The notes: generated from the letters alone by a model not told the origin. A stretch of DNA of 64,000 nt from Octopus sinensis (GCF_006345805.1 NC_042997.1:45942001-46006000); one strand, 5' to 3'; counted from the stretch's first letter, positions 1-12,539 are shown. Numbers and translations are program-made.

Positions 1-365
1 CTCTTCGCTCTTATACGCCATTTGGTCTCAACTCTCCCCCCCTCCTCATCTAACCCCCCTCTCCCACCTCCTCACCTATCCTTTCTCCCCGACCCCTACT
101 TCTTCAGTCCTTCATCCTTTCACCCCTACTCGCCTTCCCTTCTTCCCTCTTTCTCCCTCCTCTTCCCCTTCCTCTGCTCCCTCACTCCTCTCTCCCCCTC
201 TCCTCTTCTTTCCTCCTATCCCCCTCCTCCCCTTCCTTCTCCCCCTTCCTCTCCTCTTCCCTCTTCTCCCCCCTCTTCTTCCCTCCCCTTCTCTCCCCCC
301 TCTTCCCCTCCCCCTCTTCTCCCCCCTCTTCTCACCTCCCCCTCTTCTCCTCACTACACCACATG
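1..365. repeat. Polypyrimidine (CT-rich) low-complexity tract
   Basis: Almost only C and T. ORFs 22..366 and 112..354 are P/S or G/R low-complexity artefacts. Confidence 0.9.
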
Positions 366-399
366 ACTTTACACATCACATCACATATGATGTGCCATA

Positions 400-735
400 C
401 TAATACACACACCAACTAATACATACTAATACGTACTAATACATACTAGTACATACTAATACTTACACCAACCCTATACATACACACGTCCAGACCCCGC
501 ATACGCACTTATACTCTCTCTCACACACACACACATACCTATACATACAATACGTACTAATACATACTAATACATACTAATACATACACCAACCCCATAC
601 ATACGCATGTCCAGACCAATCTTACGCACTAATACTCTCTCATACACACACACACACACACACACACAACACCCTTATACATACTAATACATACACCAAC
701 CCTATACATACACACATCCAGACCCCTCCCACGCA
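400..735 (+). repeat. Three diverged ~115-bp tandem units
   Basis: The block CAACCC(T/C)ATACATAC(A/G)C..GTCCAGACC..ACGCACT recurs near 470, 590 and 697, separated by ACATACTAAT and (CA)n stretches. Confidence 0.65.
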
Positions 736-1024
736 CTTTTAGCTGGTCCTCAACCCATTTATCAACCCTATTATCTCCCCTTATTTCGCTCTCGCATCTC
801 ATGTTTGATCTTTGACCTCTGGCCGAAATCAGATCGCCATGTTGATTCGTTAGCTACTGCACGCATTTTTTTCTCTCCTTCTTTCTGTGTTTTTCTCTCT
901 CTGTGTATCTTTCTGTTGAAGAGCGTAGGCTCGAAACGTTAAAGACTTGTTTTATTTATATTTCCTGAGCGCCATACTAATACAATTGTTCGTTTGTTTT
1001 CCACCTGCCTTCGTCTTTGTTTAT
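736..1024 (+). mobile_element. Penelope-like element 3' end (pseudo-LTR) ending at (TA)n
   Basis: Hammerhead-like core at 908-945, followed by an AT-rich tail running into (TA)n at 1023. Confidence 0.6.
908..945 (+). ncRNA. Minimal type I hammerhead ribozyme-like motif (A6U variant)
   Basis: TCTTT-CTGTTGA-A-GAGC-gtag-GCTC-GAA-ACGT-T-AAAGA. Stem I TCTTT/AAAGA, stem II GAGC/GCTC, palindromic stem III ACGT. Confidence 0.6.
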
Positions 1025-1042
1025 TTTCATAAAGCTTCCCGT

Positions 1043-1119
<77 letters not shown>

Positions 1120-1139
1120 GGATGTCGCTATTTGAATTA

Positions 1140-1590
1140 GCTTTTCAAGGGTCATTGTACAGTAATCAATTCTCGTGACAAAGGGGTCTCGTCATGTTGG
1201 ATGTTTGAAAATCGTAATCGCTGTCTTTTTCTATGTATATAACAAAGAAAAAAACCCAACAAAAAGTTGAAAAAAATTACAAATTAAGAAATTGCGATGG
1301 GGATGGGGGAAATTAAAATTTTGAAAACGGGATTTCTGGACAAAATCGTATCAACCCCATTTCATACGATGAAACAATACATAGTTTTTGATCCTTCATA
1401 AGAACAGAAAGCACTTTCATGCAAACCTCTGCAAATTGTACCCTCGCCCTTCACTATTAAGCAAAAAAATAACTTCCATTATTTCATTAACTATATATCA
1501 GCTGCGCCGATTTTGCCCATAAGAAAGGAACAAATAATACAAGGTGCTTGTAGGTCATAACTCCCGAACAACGCCGGGATGCATGGCTAA
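1140..1590 (+). mobile_element. Possible non-autonomous Helitron (3' end)
   Basis: GC hairpin CCCGAACAACGCCGGG (1563-1578), then CTAA (CTAG-like) at 1587-1590. The 5' boundary is uncertain. Confidence 0.4.
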
Positions 1591-2016
1591 TATGTGTATA
1601 AATTACCGAAGTCAATATTGCGAGTAACACCCTTTTTGCAGGAGTAATCCTAGTTTGGTTAATAAGCGTTCGCTTAAGCTTATTGTTTTAATTGCATTTC
1701 TGGAATTTTGATTTCGAATGCGCTAATTATAACGCCTCTATACGGTTTATGTGAACGTATTGGATTTCTATTATCTGATATCCGAGTGGAGTGTATAATT
1801 GCATTTGCATATGAATCTATATATATGAACATTAATATAGGAACCGTACGTGTTTTTGCTCACACACACATAAATACCACGGACTTCCTTCAGCTTTCGT
1901 TTATCAAATACACTTACAAGGCGTTGGTCGTTCCGTGCCAGGCGTTGGATGTGTAGCTTAGGATCAGGCAGAATTCCTCATCACTTATTGCTGTAATGGA
2001 ATAAAATCTTGCCTAG

Positions 2017-2233
2017 AGCGTCGAGCTGGCAGAATCGTTACCACGCCGAGCGAAATGCTAAGCGGTATTTCGTCTGTCTTTACGTTCTGGGTTCAATCTC
2101 AGCTGAGGTCGACTTTACCTTTCATCATTTCGGGATCGATAAATTAAGTACCAGTTGCGTACTGGGGTCGATCTAATCGACTGGACCCCTCCCTCAAAAT
2201 TTCGGGCCTTGTGCCTAGAGTAGAAAAGGAATA
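2017..2233 (+). mobile_element. SINE family A monomer (tail type 1)
   Basis: Head GAGCTGGCAGAATCGTTA, core GTCGACTTT.CCTTTCATC...GATAAATTAAGTACCAGTT, tail GGCCTTGTGCCTAGAGTAGAAAAG. About ten copies in the window. Confidence 0.85.
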
Positions 2234-2333
2234 GAATCGTGCCCCTGCTTCTGTTTCGAATCTCGTAGCTTTGTATCTATTCATATTTTGTAAACATTTA
2301 TTTACATGTACGGATCTCATACATACGAACGAA

Positions 2334-2700
2334 TGTATGTATGTATGTATGTATGTATGTATGTATGTATGTATGTATGTATGTATGTATGTATGTATGT
2401 ATGTAGTATGTATGTAGTATGTATGTATGTATGTATGTATGTATGTATGTATGTATGTATGTATGTATGTATGTATGTATGTATGTATGTATGTATGTAT
2501 GTATGTATGTATGTATGTATGTATGTATGTAGTATGTATGTATGTATGTATGTATGTATGTATGTATGTATGTATGTATGTATGTATGTATGTATGTATG
2601 TATGTATGCATGTATGCATGCATGCATGTATGCATGCATGCATGCATGCATGCATGCATGCATGCATGTATGTATGTAGGTAGGTAGGTATGTAGGTATG
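2334..2700. repeat. Compound (ATGT)n-(ATGC)n-(AGGT)n microsatellite
   Basis: Direct reading. It explains the YIHT/MYVC ORFs. Confidence 0.95.
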
Positions 2701-2767
2701 TGTGTGCATGTGTGCTCTTATGTTATCCCTTAGCATTTACAATGGGGGCACTGCCTTGAAGGTTTTA

Positions 2768-3100
2768 AGAGGAACAAATCGACACCAGTACTTCTTTTTT
2801 AAAGTGTGGTACTTATTCTAAAGGTATCCGGTGTCGAACCGCTAAGTTACAGAGACGTAAAGAAACCAACGCCGGTTGTCAAACGGTGAGGGTCGGGCAG
2901 ACAGAAACCTAAAAACATACTCTCGCGCAAACATATATACCACGGGCTTTTTTTAGCTTCCGTTCACCAAATACACTTACAAGGCTTTGATCGTTCCGTA
3001 CCGTTGTAGAAAACACTTTCCTGAGGTGCCACGCCAGGATAGTGAACCCGTATCCATGTGCTTCGGAAGCAACCTTTCATTATACTGTCATGCCCATGTA
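2768..3100 (-). mobile_element. Diverged SINE family B copy
   Basis: Matches the family B consensus (CGAACCGCTAAGTTAC...ACAAGGCTTTG...AGGTGCCACGC). Confidence 0.7.
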
Positions 3101-3269
3101 TATTATATATATATATTTACACTTAAATATCCTCGTCGAAGACGACTTAGGAGCGTTTAGCTTTTGCCGAACGTCCTGCAGAAATGATATGTTTATAGTG
3201 ATCAAACGCTTGTGCAGTACATTTACTCACTCTGTCCATGAAATCAACGTTGTCTGAACAGTTGTACGG

Positions 3270-3418
3270 TATACTACACGCCAGGTGTTGAACTAAGTGC
3301 AGGGCAAAGCAAGATGAAGTGTTTTGTTCAAGAACACAACGCAGCACCCGGTCAAGGAATTGAAATTACGATCTCTAGATCGTGAGTGCACACCATAACC
3401 ACTAGGTCATGCACCCTC
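3270..3418 (-). mobile_element. SINE family C (tRNA head, 5' part)
   Basis: Homologous to 42640-42785 and 63850-64000. Confidence 0.65.
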
Positions 3419-4389
3419 ATATATATAAATATATGTGTGTGTGTGTGTGCGTGTGTGTGTGTGCGTGTGTGTGTGTGCATGCGTGTGTAATATATGCTAT
3501 ATGGAAGTCGAGTGAGGGTTGAAAAGGGTACTCATGACACGTATTGCGTAGATGCTTATTTCTGGAGTTACGTTTATAAGTTTCACTTTTACCTGGTGCT
3601 AGATGTTTTAGCTCGGGATCAGGCAGAATTCCTCCTTACTTATTGTTGCGATGGAACAGATATTGCCTCTTCAACTGCGACATACTTCTTTTTGTCTCAT
3701 GACATAGTCCCTGTGTTTGCACATGCACCTACTGTACTTTTGTGTATGGACCGCATTTGCACTTACCACCCAACGTGGCTTTGGTCCTATGCAACAGTAA
3801 ACAGCTATGAATCTTTGTATATTTTCTATTATCTCTGTTGGTGGGGTTAAAGTTATCTGTCGTCCATTCTTTTAAAACCTTGTCTGTTCAGGTAGATTAT
3901 TATAATAGCAACAAAACAATAACTCTTAATGATACGGATAAAACAAAAAAAAAACGCAAGTTCTGAGGAAAAATAATTATAAAACGATAATATTGACAAC
4001 AGCGGCAATAATAAAAGAAAAAAAACGTATAAGTGTTACTATTATTATGCATAATAAGGATAACGATGCATACATTTATAATAGTAGTTCTAGCAACGAT
4101 AGCAACAACAACAATAATAATATTAATGGTTATGATGAAGATAAAAAAGCAAAATAATAATTGTTATAAAAGCGTGATGTTAATAAGTATACCTTTGAAG
4201 TATATGTATAAAGTATTTCTTTGGATATAGATAAGAGGGAAAAAGAGAGAGATAGACAGAGAGAAAGACAGAAATAGAGAGAGAGAGAGAGGCATTAGAG
4301 GAAAGATACCTTCATAATCACATCATTAAGTAGGGATAATCATTAGTAAGGAGAAAGAATAAGCAAATTAATACAAAGCAATACTCTTA

Positions 4390-5484
4390 TCAGGTCATCC
4401 CATAAGTTCTGTCCGAATTTTGAATAAAGAAAACAAGCGATCCAGTGTTATATTTAATTGGAATCTAATCCTCAATGTCCTTTCCCTGATCGTCTACGAC
4501 TTCCTTCCATCTATTTACAAGCTTTTTAATTCCATCAATAGAAAACTCTTTTGGTTTCAAAGCGAACAACTCTGAAATGTCAGTTTCGACCTCCTACTGG
4601 CTTGCGAAGTTTATGCTCCCCCCCCCCAATGATTCTGTAAGCTACGAAACAAATGGAAGTCTGAAAGAGCAAGGTCGGGAGATTAAGGTGGATTATGAAT
4701 TTTTTCCCAACCAAACTCTTCGATCTTCTGTGATTTGATCTTTGCAATGTGGGGTCGCGCATTTTCCTGATGAAATATGACTCCTTTTCTAGTCACTAAA
4801 ACGATGTGAATCTTTGCAGTTTAACATTTCGATAGAAGACACATTTTTCGTCACCAGTCACAAGTCTATCCAAAAAGGGTGAAATGAGTTCGCGAGAATG
4901 GAGACAAGAGCAAATGTCAACTCGGGATTTGCAGTTGCCTTCGGACAATTCATGAGGTACCCATTTTCCAAGTTTAGGAACCCCTCCAGGTTGTTGGAGA
5001 TGACGATGAACAGTTGTATGGTTTGAACTAAGCTTTATTGCCAATTCTTCAACTGATAATGCAGGATTTTCTTGAAATAATGCCTCAAGGAGCTTATCAT
5101 CAAAATCAACTGGACGTCCTGTTCGATCTTCCTCTTCAAGGCTGAAATCTCCACTTCTGAATTTTGCAAGCCATCTTCTGCAAGTTCTTTTATTCAAGCA
5201 TTCTATCCCATAAACAGAGTGTATGTTTCGAATCACTTCGGCTGCAGAGCTTCCTTTTTTGTACTCATAAAACCTTAAATGCTCTTTGGATACTTCCATG
5301 TTAGAAAGGGTTTTAATCAAAGAAATTTTAATTTTATTATTCTGTAAAATAATATCGAATTAGTTTAAATGTACACAAATGCATAAAAATAATTTTTAAT
5401 TTCATTAGAAATTCTAAAATACTATTAAATTTCATTCAATTTTAAAAAAAGGTAAAATCGGACAGAACTTATGGGATGGCCTGA
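4390..5484 (-). mobile_element. Mariner (DD34D-type) DNA transposon, internally deleted
   Basis: 27-bp TIRs TCAGG(T/C)CATCCCATAAGTTCTGTCCGA at 4390-4416 and 5458-5484 (1 mismatch), with TA on both sides. Confidence 0.95.
4465..5320 (-). pseudogene. Mariner transposase pseudogene
   Basis: ORF 4796..5320 has the HTH region, WVPHEL and LVTGDEK. Downstream PP*SPDLALSDFHLFRSLQNHL and GIKKLVNRWKEVV lie in other frames. Confidence 0.92.
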
Positions 5485-5526
5485 TAGATTAAATAAAATG
5501 GTACAAAAATAAAAATATAATAATCA

Positions 5527-5918
5527 TTTCTACTCTAGGCACAAGGCCCGAAATTTTGTGGGAGGGGGTCAATCCATTAGATCGACCCCAGTACGCAACT
5601 GGTACTTAATTAATCGATCCCGAGAGGATGAAAGGCAAAGTCGACCTCGGCGGAATTTTAACTCGGAACATAAAGACAGACGAAATATCTATTTCTTTAC
5701 TACCCACAAGGGGTTAAACGCAGAGAGGACAAACAAGGACAGACAAACGGATTAAGTCAATTATATCGACCCCAGTGTGTAACTGGTACTTAATTTATCG
5801 ACCCCGAAAGGAGGAAAGGCAAAGTCGACCTCGGCGGAGTTTGAACTCAGAACGTAACGGCAGACGAAATACGGCTACGCATTTCGCCCGGCGTGCTAAC
5901 GTTTCTGCCAGCATGCCA
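5527..5918 (-). mobile_element. Dimeric SINE family A
   Basis: A full-head unit with tail type 2 is joined to a headless unit with tail type 1. The same junction occurs at 44651-45048. Confidence 0.85.
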
Positions 5919-5989
5919 CCTAATGAAAATAAAATAATGAAATAGAAAGAGGTTCGAGGTTATTCTATATATTTCAGCTATAATAGAGG

Positions 5990-6680
5990 TTCGGATTAAT
6001 GAGGTGGCGACTGAAATAAATGATGTGTCGATAATCTATGTATATAATGCAGGCTCTCACTCGGATTATGGTAGGGGCAGTACGCAATAGTGTCTAAGTT
6101 TAATGTTAGATCTAGGAGATCTACAGACTTTACTTCTTTTTCAAGAGTGATATATAATCAGGAAGTGTAACTCACCCTATCATAGGGAAATATTTCGAAA
6201 GGTACTGTGGCAGGTATACCTCCACCAGAATGGTTAGCTCGGCCGTGTAAGATAGCGCCTACAGTTACATCGGACTAGTTTCCCTTAGATGCTCTAACCC
6301 TAAGTTCCCCCTGGAAGGAAATTAGTGTTCTGGCCATAAGAATAATATGTATCTATTTCATCTTTCTTAATATTCACAATTTTTCTAGCGAAAATTAATG
6401 ATTAATTAAAAAATACTGCGGAGATAGAGGCGTAATACTTGTCTATATCGAAGTGTAAAACTGATAAGATACTTTCAGTTTCTAGCTTCACAAACCAGTT
6501 ATTTGCTTTCCGCTCTCTTTTCCGCTTTCCTTCTCCTTAAGTTCTTTTTTGCGTTTTATTTTCTGTGGTTTTACTTACATAGGGGCGATTTGAAACTGTC
6601 AGTGTGTTTTGCTTGAAATGTCCAACAAAAGTGGATAACAACGTAACAACTCGTCACACAACCACTTAAAACGTGCGTGT
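5990..6680 (-). mobile_element. Decayed Penelope-like fragment (RT motif joined to a pLTR)
   Basis: Minus strand reads FDIDKYYASIS...FARKIVNIKKDEID, resembling PLE RT FDIxxFYPSI. A GAA-ACTAGT-C motif lies at about 6267-6313. Confidence 0.5.
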
Positions 6681-6771
6681 TACAGGTTTCTGTTTTTCAA
6701 ATATTAAGGCACTCATAAGGTTGACAATCTAGCGTGCCTGTTCATGGAATATATATATATATATATATATA

Positions 6772-6985
6772 TTCTTTTTTTACTTGTTTGAGTCATTTGA
6801 CTGCGGTCATGCAGGAGCACCGTCTTTAGTCGAACAAATCGACTCCAAGACTTATTCTTTGTAAGCCTGGTACTAATTCTATCGGTCACTTTTGCCGAAC
6901 CGCTAGTTTCGGGACATAAAGACCAGCATCGGTTGTCGAGTGATGGTGGGGTGACAAACACACACTCGCAAATACATATAAACTT
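6772..6985 (-). mobile_element. SINE family B 3' half
   Basis: TACTTGTTTGAGTCATTTGACTGCGGTCATGCAGGAGCACC...GACAAACACAC. Confidence 0.8.
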
Positions 6986-7149
6986 ACATACATATTTTTC
7001 AGGTTGAGTAAAAAGTAAGCAACGCTTTGAACCATGAAGAATTTATACCGGATTTTTGCAGAGTTTTGGATTTTTTTAAAACATTTTTTTTTGAAATTGT
7101 CTGATAATACAGACATAGACTTGCCCGAATGCATCTATAAATTTATATT

Positions 7150-8240
7150 GATATTGTTTTCATCGTTGTTACAACCGTCTGGACCGATTTGTTCGTGAAT
7201 ATTTGCGCGTTGTTCGAAAGGTTTTATGGATAATTTGTTGAATTTTTACTGTTGGATTGTTACGTTGTTGAACTTTATGTTTGGTGTTTTTTGTGTAAAA
7301 CACATTATTTGTCTTCTTGAGGCAGTCGTTTGTTAACGTTTTCCCCCTTGTGCGAAAGGGGACAATATTGTTATTATTTTGTGGAAAAAAACACACACAA
7401 AACATGGATAAATCGCTTATCAAATTGTCACAAAATGGTAACGAACCTGGTACAAGTCCTTGGAAGAGTGCCAAAAGCACAAAAACCAACACAGAATTGA
7501 TAAACATACCGGATGGAGAAAATTTAATGCAGGCTAAAAAAAGGAAGCAATTTTGTGGCAGTAGCCACTTTTTTCAAAAAAGTTAATTAACTGCGGAAGT
7601 GACGAGTTAGGAAAGTGTAAAGGAATGATGAAAAGAGAGGGGAGTGAAACTGTGATTACCCCTCCCAGTCAAACCGCTCATAATGCACTACGGTGCACAG
7701 TTATTTACAAGTCTCTTGTAAAAAAGAGGGCAATCCGAGTTAGGATGCGAGTTAGGGATGGACCTGTGCCTCCGTCCAGTTTGGAATGACGGGGCATACA
7801 TCACAAGAGGAGCGAAGTATGCCATAATAGAAGTCCGTTTTAAAACGGAAGAAAAGGCGAAACAAGCGTCAACGATACCATTAAAATCGGTGGAGGTGGT
7901 ACTCCTATCTATTTATCTTGGAAGTCGGTCTTCCAAGATTAAGGTAGGAGACATCCCATCCGAAGTAGATCCCGCTTGGCTTGTGGTAGCTATAATAAAC
8001 GGCTTGGAGGATAAGATCACAATTCCCCAAGCCTCAGCCCTGGGACTGGAGAATTGGCAGGGGCAAAGCCTGAAAATGATTATACAGGCTGTCCCGACTG
8101 ATTTAGAAAATATTATAGAAACTATACAGGTGGAGGAGTCTAAGCTGCTAGGGTAGAGGGGAGGAAGCCTCGTTGCTACAAATGTGGCCAAAAAACCCCA
8201 TTAGGGCCGAATGCCAACCTCCCCCCGAAAAAGCAGTGAT
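7150..8240 (+). pseudogene. L1/Tx1-clade LINE 5' fragment (ORF1, gag-like with zinc knuckle)
   Basis: ORF 7758..8156 continues past a stop into GRKPRCYKCGQK. It is homologous to ORF1 at 55130-55730 (IEVRF..E..AK; EGRKPRCHICG). Confidence 0.75.
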
Positions 8241-8282
8241 TCCCCACCTGTTGAAAAATATTATTATCATTATTATTATTAC

Positions 8283-9442
8283 TATCTTCTTTTCTTGCCG
8301 AGTGTCTTCTTGACACCTAGGACTGAGAAAATTACTATATACATTGGTAGGCCACGAAAATTAACACACTAGACTGTTAACCAAAAAATCATGTGATTGG
8401 GAAAAGGGGATGAGAAACAGAAAAATTAAAAAATTAAAAAAGTAAATAAAAAAATAAAAGGGAAAAACGGAAAGAAACGTCACAGCGACAATGCTCTTCT
8501 CAGTACACGTGACGTTCCAGTTACGACAATATTTTGCACTTCCTGCATAGATGGTAAGCCAGGGGTCACTCTTAAATAATTTTCAGTTCCTGTTTTCATC
8601 ATTCCAAGTGTTCCTACAATCACTGGTTTTTATCATGGGGCAAGTCCAGGCTTTTGCAAATTACCCAGTGAATATATTGTGCAGCTCTATCCTGCCTGTT
8701 GAGGTACTCTGTAGGCGCTAGAAGACTGCACTTGGAGACAACATAATCAATGGTTTCATTTTGTTGTTGACATACACGACATTTTGGGCTATTGCCGTTC
8801 TTTAATATGTTGGCCTGGTAGTTCCTTGTAGGTAGGCACTGATCTTGGGCTGCTATGATAAACCCTTCTGTTTCAGATTTTAAGCCAGAGGCCATTAGCT
8901 ATTGATGGGTCAGGGCTTTGTCAACATCTGCATTATTCGCTCTCTTTGGGTATTTGCCATAGAGAGGTTTTTCTTGCCATTTATCAATCAGAATAGCTAA
9001 GGCAGAATTTTAGCACGGGTTTTCATGCGCTTAGCTATTTCTGTGCTTGTTTCTTGTATGTCTAATTCCGAAATTTGTTGTATTCGGAATTCACTGAGAT
9101 ATTTCTTTGCCTGTTTTGTTACTGAGTATGATGCTTTCTTGTTTTCATGTTTTGAGGCAAGTTTTAACATCCAGTCCTCAGAGTTTTTCAGGTAGGTGTC
9201 TAGGCCAATTGCAGCAATCTTCATTGTTATTGCCAGTTGTAAAAGTCCACGGCCTCCCTCTTTTCTTGGCAGATAAAGTCGTTCTACATCTGCCTTAGGG
9301 TGGTGCATTCTATGCATTGTCAACAGTTTTCTTATTTTTCTGTCAAGATTACATATTTCAGTAATTGACCATTTAACGATATTGAAACTGTAAGTCACGA
9401 CTGGTATGCCTAAAGCATTGATCGCTTCGATCCTGTTTCTCG

Positions 9443-9444
<2 letters not shown>
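8283..9444 (-). mobile_element. R4/Dong-type LINE, 5'-truncated and internally deleted
   Basis: Reads HHPKADVERLYLPRKEGGRGL, GLKSETEGFIIAAQDQ and CRVC..TIDYVVSKC. The 3' UTR matches 59500-59580. (TTA)n lies on both sides. Confidence 0.9.
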
Positions 9445-9524
<80 letters not shown>

Positions 9525-9525
9525 A
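9445..9525. repeat. (TTA)n-(TTG)n compound microsatellite
   Basis: Direct reading. Confidence 0.95.
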
Positions 9526-9704
9526 CAGTATTTTTTACGAAAGGTGGATAAATGTGACGAAGATGGCCCGTGCAAACGGGCCTACTCTGAACATTCATTT
9601 GTAAACCGGAGGAGATGTGGAGAGGCAGCTGCCGAGGTGCCCTTGGCGGTCAGGGCAACCAGACTATGTAGGGTTCCATGGTTGTCTTTGGGATAAACTA
9701 CTAC

Positions 9705-10630
9705 TTCTCAATGGCAAATACCCAAAGGGACCAAATAGTGCTGATGTTGACAAAGCTCTTACCCATCAATGGCTAGTGTCTTCTGACTTAAAATCAGAAA
9801 CAGAAGGTTTTGTTATAGCAGTCTAAGATCAATGCCTACCTACAAGGAACTACCAGTCCAACATATTAAAGAACGGCAGTAGCCCAACATATCGTGTATG
9901 CCAACAACAAAATGAAACCATTGATCATGTTGTCTCCATGAGATATCTTGTGCTATCATGACTGTTGAGTATCTCAACAGGCATGATAGAGCAGTAAAAT
10001 ATATTTACTGGGTAATTTGCAAAAACCTGGACCTTCCCTATGATAAAAACTGGTGGGAACACAAACCACCTTCAGCGCTTGAAATTGATCACATATCACT
10101 CCTCTGGAACTTCACCATTCAAACTGACAGAAAGATAGATGCGAATATGCCAGGCATTATATTTGAAGACTTCAGACAGAAATCATGCCTCCTCATTGAT
10201 ATGACTGTCCCAATCGACATAAATGTATCTGTCACGACCTACCAAAAACTGAGCAAGTATAACGAGCTCGAAATTGGCAAAATGTGGATACCTTTTATCA
10301 TAGGTACCCTAGAAATGATAGCAAAAGGGGTTGATTCCTACCTAGTTCAGATACCAGGAAAACCCCAAATGGCAGAAATTCAAAAGATAGTGCTCATGGG
10401 AACAGCCCATATCCTGCATAAAATACTGTATATGTAATCTCAAATTTTAAAACAAACTCATAATTTTCTTATGTTTTCTTAAACATTCTTTAGAACAATA
10501 ATATGTGCAAAACCAAATATATGACACCCTAGGCAAAACACCAACATGAACTTTTAACTTGTTGTCTCTTGAGGTCTCTGAGTGAGACTTGGAGCCAACT
10601 TGTATCAATACAAAGCAAGAGTCAAACATA

Positions 10631-10632
<2 letters not shown>
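9705..10632 (+). mobile_element. R4/Dong-type LINE 3' fragment (second subfamily)
   Basis: Reads NGKYP, LKSETEGFVIA, NRHDRAVKYIYW, QTDRKIDANMPGII and MAEIQKIVLMGTAHIL. It has a distinct 3' UTR followed by (TAG)n(TAA)n. Confidence 0.88.
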
Positions 10633-10677
<45 letters not shown>

Positions 10678-10700
10678 ATAATAATAATAATAATAATAAT

Positions 10701-10833
10701 GATTTCATTTATTTGCCACCAGGGCGAAGGATGTGGGGTACACCCGGCGTAATTTGAACTCAGAACACAAAGACAAACGTAATGTAGCTAAGCATTTCGC
10801 CCGGCACCTTAACAATTCCGCCAGCTCGCCGCC
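10701..10833 (-). mobile_element. Short SINE family A variant (tail type 3)
   Basis: Family A head GGCGGCGAGCTGGCGGAATTGTTAAG. It ends CCCTGGTGGCAAATAAATGAAATC-(ATT)n. Confidence 0.7.
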
Positions 10834-10884
10834 TGAATAGTGATAGTATTAATATTCTCTGGCCTCGTGCCTAAATCATAAACG

Positions 10885-10914
10885 ATTATTATTATTATTA
10901 TTATTATTATTATA

Positions 10915-10966
<52 letters not shown>

Positions 10967-11003
10967 TTATCATTTTTATTTGAAGAAACTACTACTACTA
11001 CTA

Positions 11004-11045
<42 letters not shown>

Positions 11046-11050
11046 AACCA
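10885..11050. repeat. (TTA)n and (CTA)n microsatellites
   Basis: Direct reading. Confidence 0.9.
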
Positions 11051-11575
11051 CTAACGCTATCTGAACATCATCATCAGTAGCAACAATCAGTGTTGTTAGC
11101 ATAAGCAGCATCAGTATCAGCAGTTGGCATTCATCTATTAATGTGTACCCAGCAGCAAGCCAATTTGATATAGATAAACTAGTTAGCTATTGCAAATTAT
11201 TGTTGAAGTTTTGCTAAGCCTAGCATTGAAAAATTTGGATTCGCAAAAGTAATCTAATTGCCTGCAGAACCACCAGATGTTTGCCAACGGCGAACGGCAT
11301 CAACAACGACACGATCGATGTTAACAGTGCCAACAATAACAGCGGCATCAACGTTAACAATGGCTCAAATAATGCCAATGACACCAGTAAGTAAAAACAA
11401 CGCAAGATATTTGTAATAAAATACATGAAAAAAAGGGAGAAAAATTGACAACAGATGCTAGCCAAAAAATAGCAGGTTTATCATCCATCTTTGAATATAT
11501 CAGGTAGTATGCCAGTTACGTCTTAGTGCTCGTTAGCGAATGATTTAGAACTTTGGTGTGTTTTTTTTTTAGTAT

Positions 11576-11790
11576 CTTTTATCTTTTATCAATTACTTGT
11601 TTCAGTCACTGGACTGCAGCCATGTTGAGATACTGCTTTGGAAGGTTGTTGTCAGAACAAATCAACTTCAGTACTTATTTTTGTTTTCAGCGTCTGGAAC
11701 TTATTCTATCGTTTTCTGTAGCTGAACCGCTAGGATACGGAAATATAAACAAAGCAATATCGATTGCCAAAGAGCGTGGAGTATAAACAA
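11576..11790 (-). mobile_element. Old SINE family B 3' half
   Basis: TACTTGTTTCAGTCACTGGACTGCAGCCATGTTG...GAACCGCTAGG. Confidence 0.7.
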
Positions 11791-12035
11791 TCCCCCACCC
11801 CGCCACACACACACACACGCGTACGCGCGTGTTAAAGGATTTTGTCTGTTTGGTTGCCAGCATCAATTCTGTTCGAATTGATTTCATATTCAGTGTAATG
11901 ATACACCTTTATAGGCAAATGAATTATGTGAAAATCATTTTCTTTATAAATCAATAACTGAAGAGTTATTAGCAATTACAGTTTGAAAATTTTGGTAATT
12001 TTAGCAGATTGTTAGCCACAAACACATTCATGCCT

Positions 12036-12107
12036 GTTTCCATAGTAACAAGCAGACATGAGAACCCTTTTGTCTGCGAGAAAGCACGTGCCTATTTCCA
12101 TAATAAC
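12036..12107. promoter_or_regulatory. Duplicated RFX X-box-like motif with an intervening E-box
   Basis: GTTTCCATAGTAAC (12036-12049) fits GTHNYY-AT-RRNAAC. A degenerate copy ATTTCCATAATAAC lies at 12094-12107 and CACGTG at 12085-12090. Confidence 0.4.
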
Positions 12108-12539
12108 AAGCAGGACCGAGAACTCTTGTAGCTCTCTTCCTTTCCTCGTGGGTCAAGGGATTGACTTCAGTCCGGTTTTGTATTGAAGAACTGGGGATGA
12201 GCCGTAGCTAATTAACATTACAACTACAAAAGACGTGTTTGCTTACTCTTTCTTGACAACACATGCTATTTTCAGGATGTTTACGACAAAATGTGCAGTG
12301 ACGCACAAAATGACAGCTTCCAAATACTGTTTTCTGACCGGGTGAAAATGATCAAACTTTAAACCTCTATAACTTTTTTGAAAAACATTTTTCTGGAAAA
12401 AGTAAAATAACTCCTGCAGGTGAGCTTGGAAAAGTATATTATTGGGAAAATTTCAAACTTTTCGATAAACTTTAATTTTTGAATTGCTGGCAACCAAACA
12501 AACTAGATCTGGTGATGCGTGAAAACGTTTTGTATATAA

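Noticed and set aside
9610-9720. HDV-like ribozyme fold
   Set aside because: A P1-like pairing exists, but the L3, P1.1 and P2 elements could not be fitted.
11269-11387. Exon-like stretch bounded by CTGCAG and GTAAGT
   Set aside because: It is a decayed AAC/AAT low-complexity sequence like 49100-49300, and the translations are uninformative.
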